Source: Podarcis tiliguerta (lineage: Eukaryota). From it: a stretch of DNA of 64,000 bases. The notes under the pieces are model-generated. The model was not told the DNA's origin and ran no database searches. It saw only the letters and a program-made list of their open reading frames with translations. The translations under genes were made by a program, and so were the position numbers. The stretch is taken from the NCBI GenBank assembly GCA_965153285.1, contig OZ229122.1; one strand, given 5' to 3'. This document shows positions 63,685 through 64,000 of this stretch, in pieces; within the stretch, counting starts at the first letter, position 1, and each line of letters opens with the position of its first letter.

Positions 63685-64000
63685 GTGGTGACACACCAGG
63701 AGCAAGACCTTGGGGTTATAGCAGGTAACTGGAGGAAGATGTTGACCAAGTGTGTGGCAGCTGTGAAAAAGGCAAATTCCTTTCTAGAGATCAGTAGGAA
63801 AGGAATTGAAAATAAAACTGCCAATATCATAACGCTGCTATACAAATCTATGGTGTGGCTACATTTGGAGCACTGTGTACAGTTCTGGGCACCTGACCTC
63901 AAAAAGGGTATTGAAGATTTGGAGAAGGTTCAGAAGAAGGCAACCGAAATGATCAGGGGAATGGAGCAAGTCCCCTGTTTGCTGGGGTTAGGGCTTTTTT
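63685..64000 (+). mobile_element. Old CR1 fragment
   Basis: CVAAVKKANS..LYKSMV..HLEHCVQFWAP.LKK. Confidence 0.85.

Overview
Vertebrate, not microbial, DNA: a repeat-rich squamate (probably lacertid lizard) locus. It holds two head-to-head testis genes, an arrangement I recall from human 7p12. ZPBP is on the minus strand (coding exons 1-7, 34422->970; the last exon was not found and presumably lies left of the window). SPATA48/C7orf72 is on the plus strand (9 coding exons, 38748->62684, ~414 aa, apparently complete). A CpG island lies between them. The introns carry a full-length but decayed DIRS1-type tyrosine-recombinase retrotransposon with recognisable ITR/ICR termini and nested insertions, a young CR1, BovB and L1 fragments, Sauria SINEs, Tc1/mariner and hAT MITEs, and a solo LTR. 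Best leads: (1) a pri-miRNA-like hairpin in SPATA48 intron 6 with basal UG and CNNC motifs in one consistent Drosha register; (2) a solo LTR almost filled by a 194-aa ORF; (3) a 1.1-kb TSD-flanked non-autonomous L1-like element; (4) inverted near-identical MITEs bracketing ZPBP exons 5-6 (circRNA potential); (5) a hammerhead ribozyme relic. Gene and family names come from remembered sequences, not database searches.
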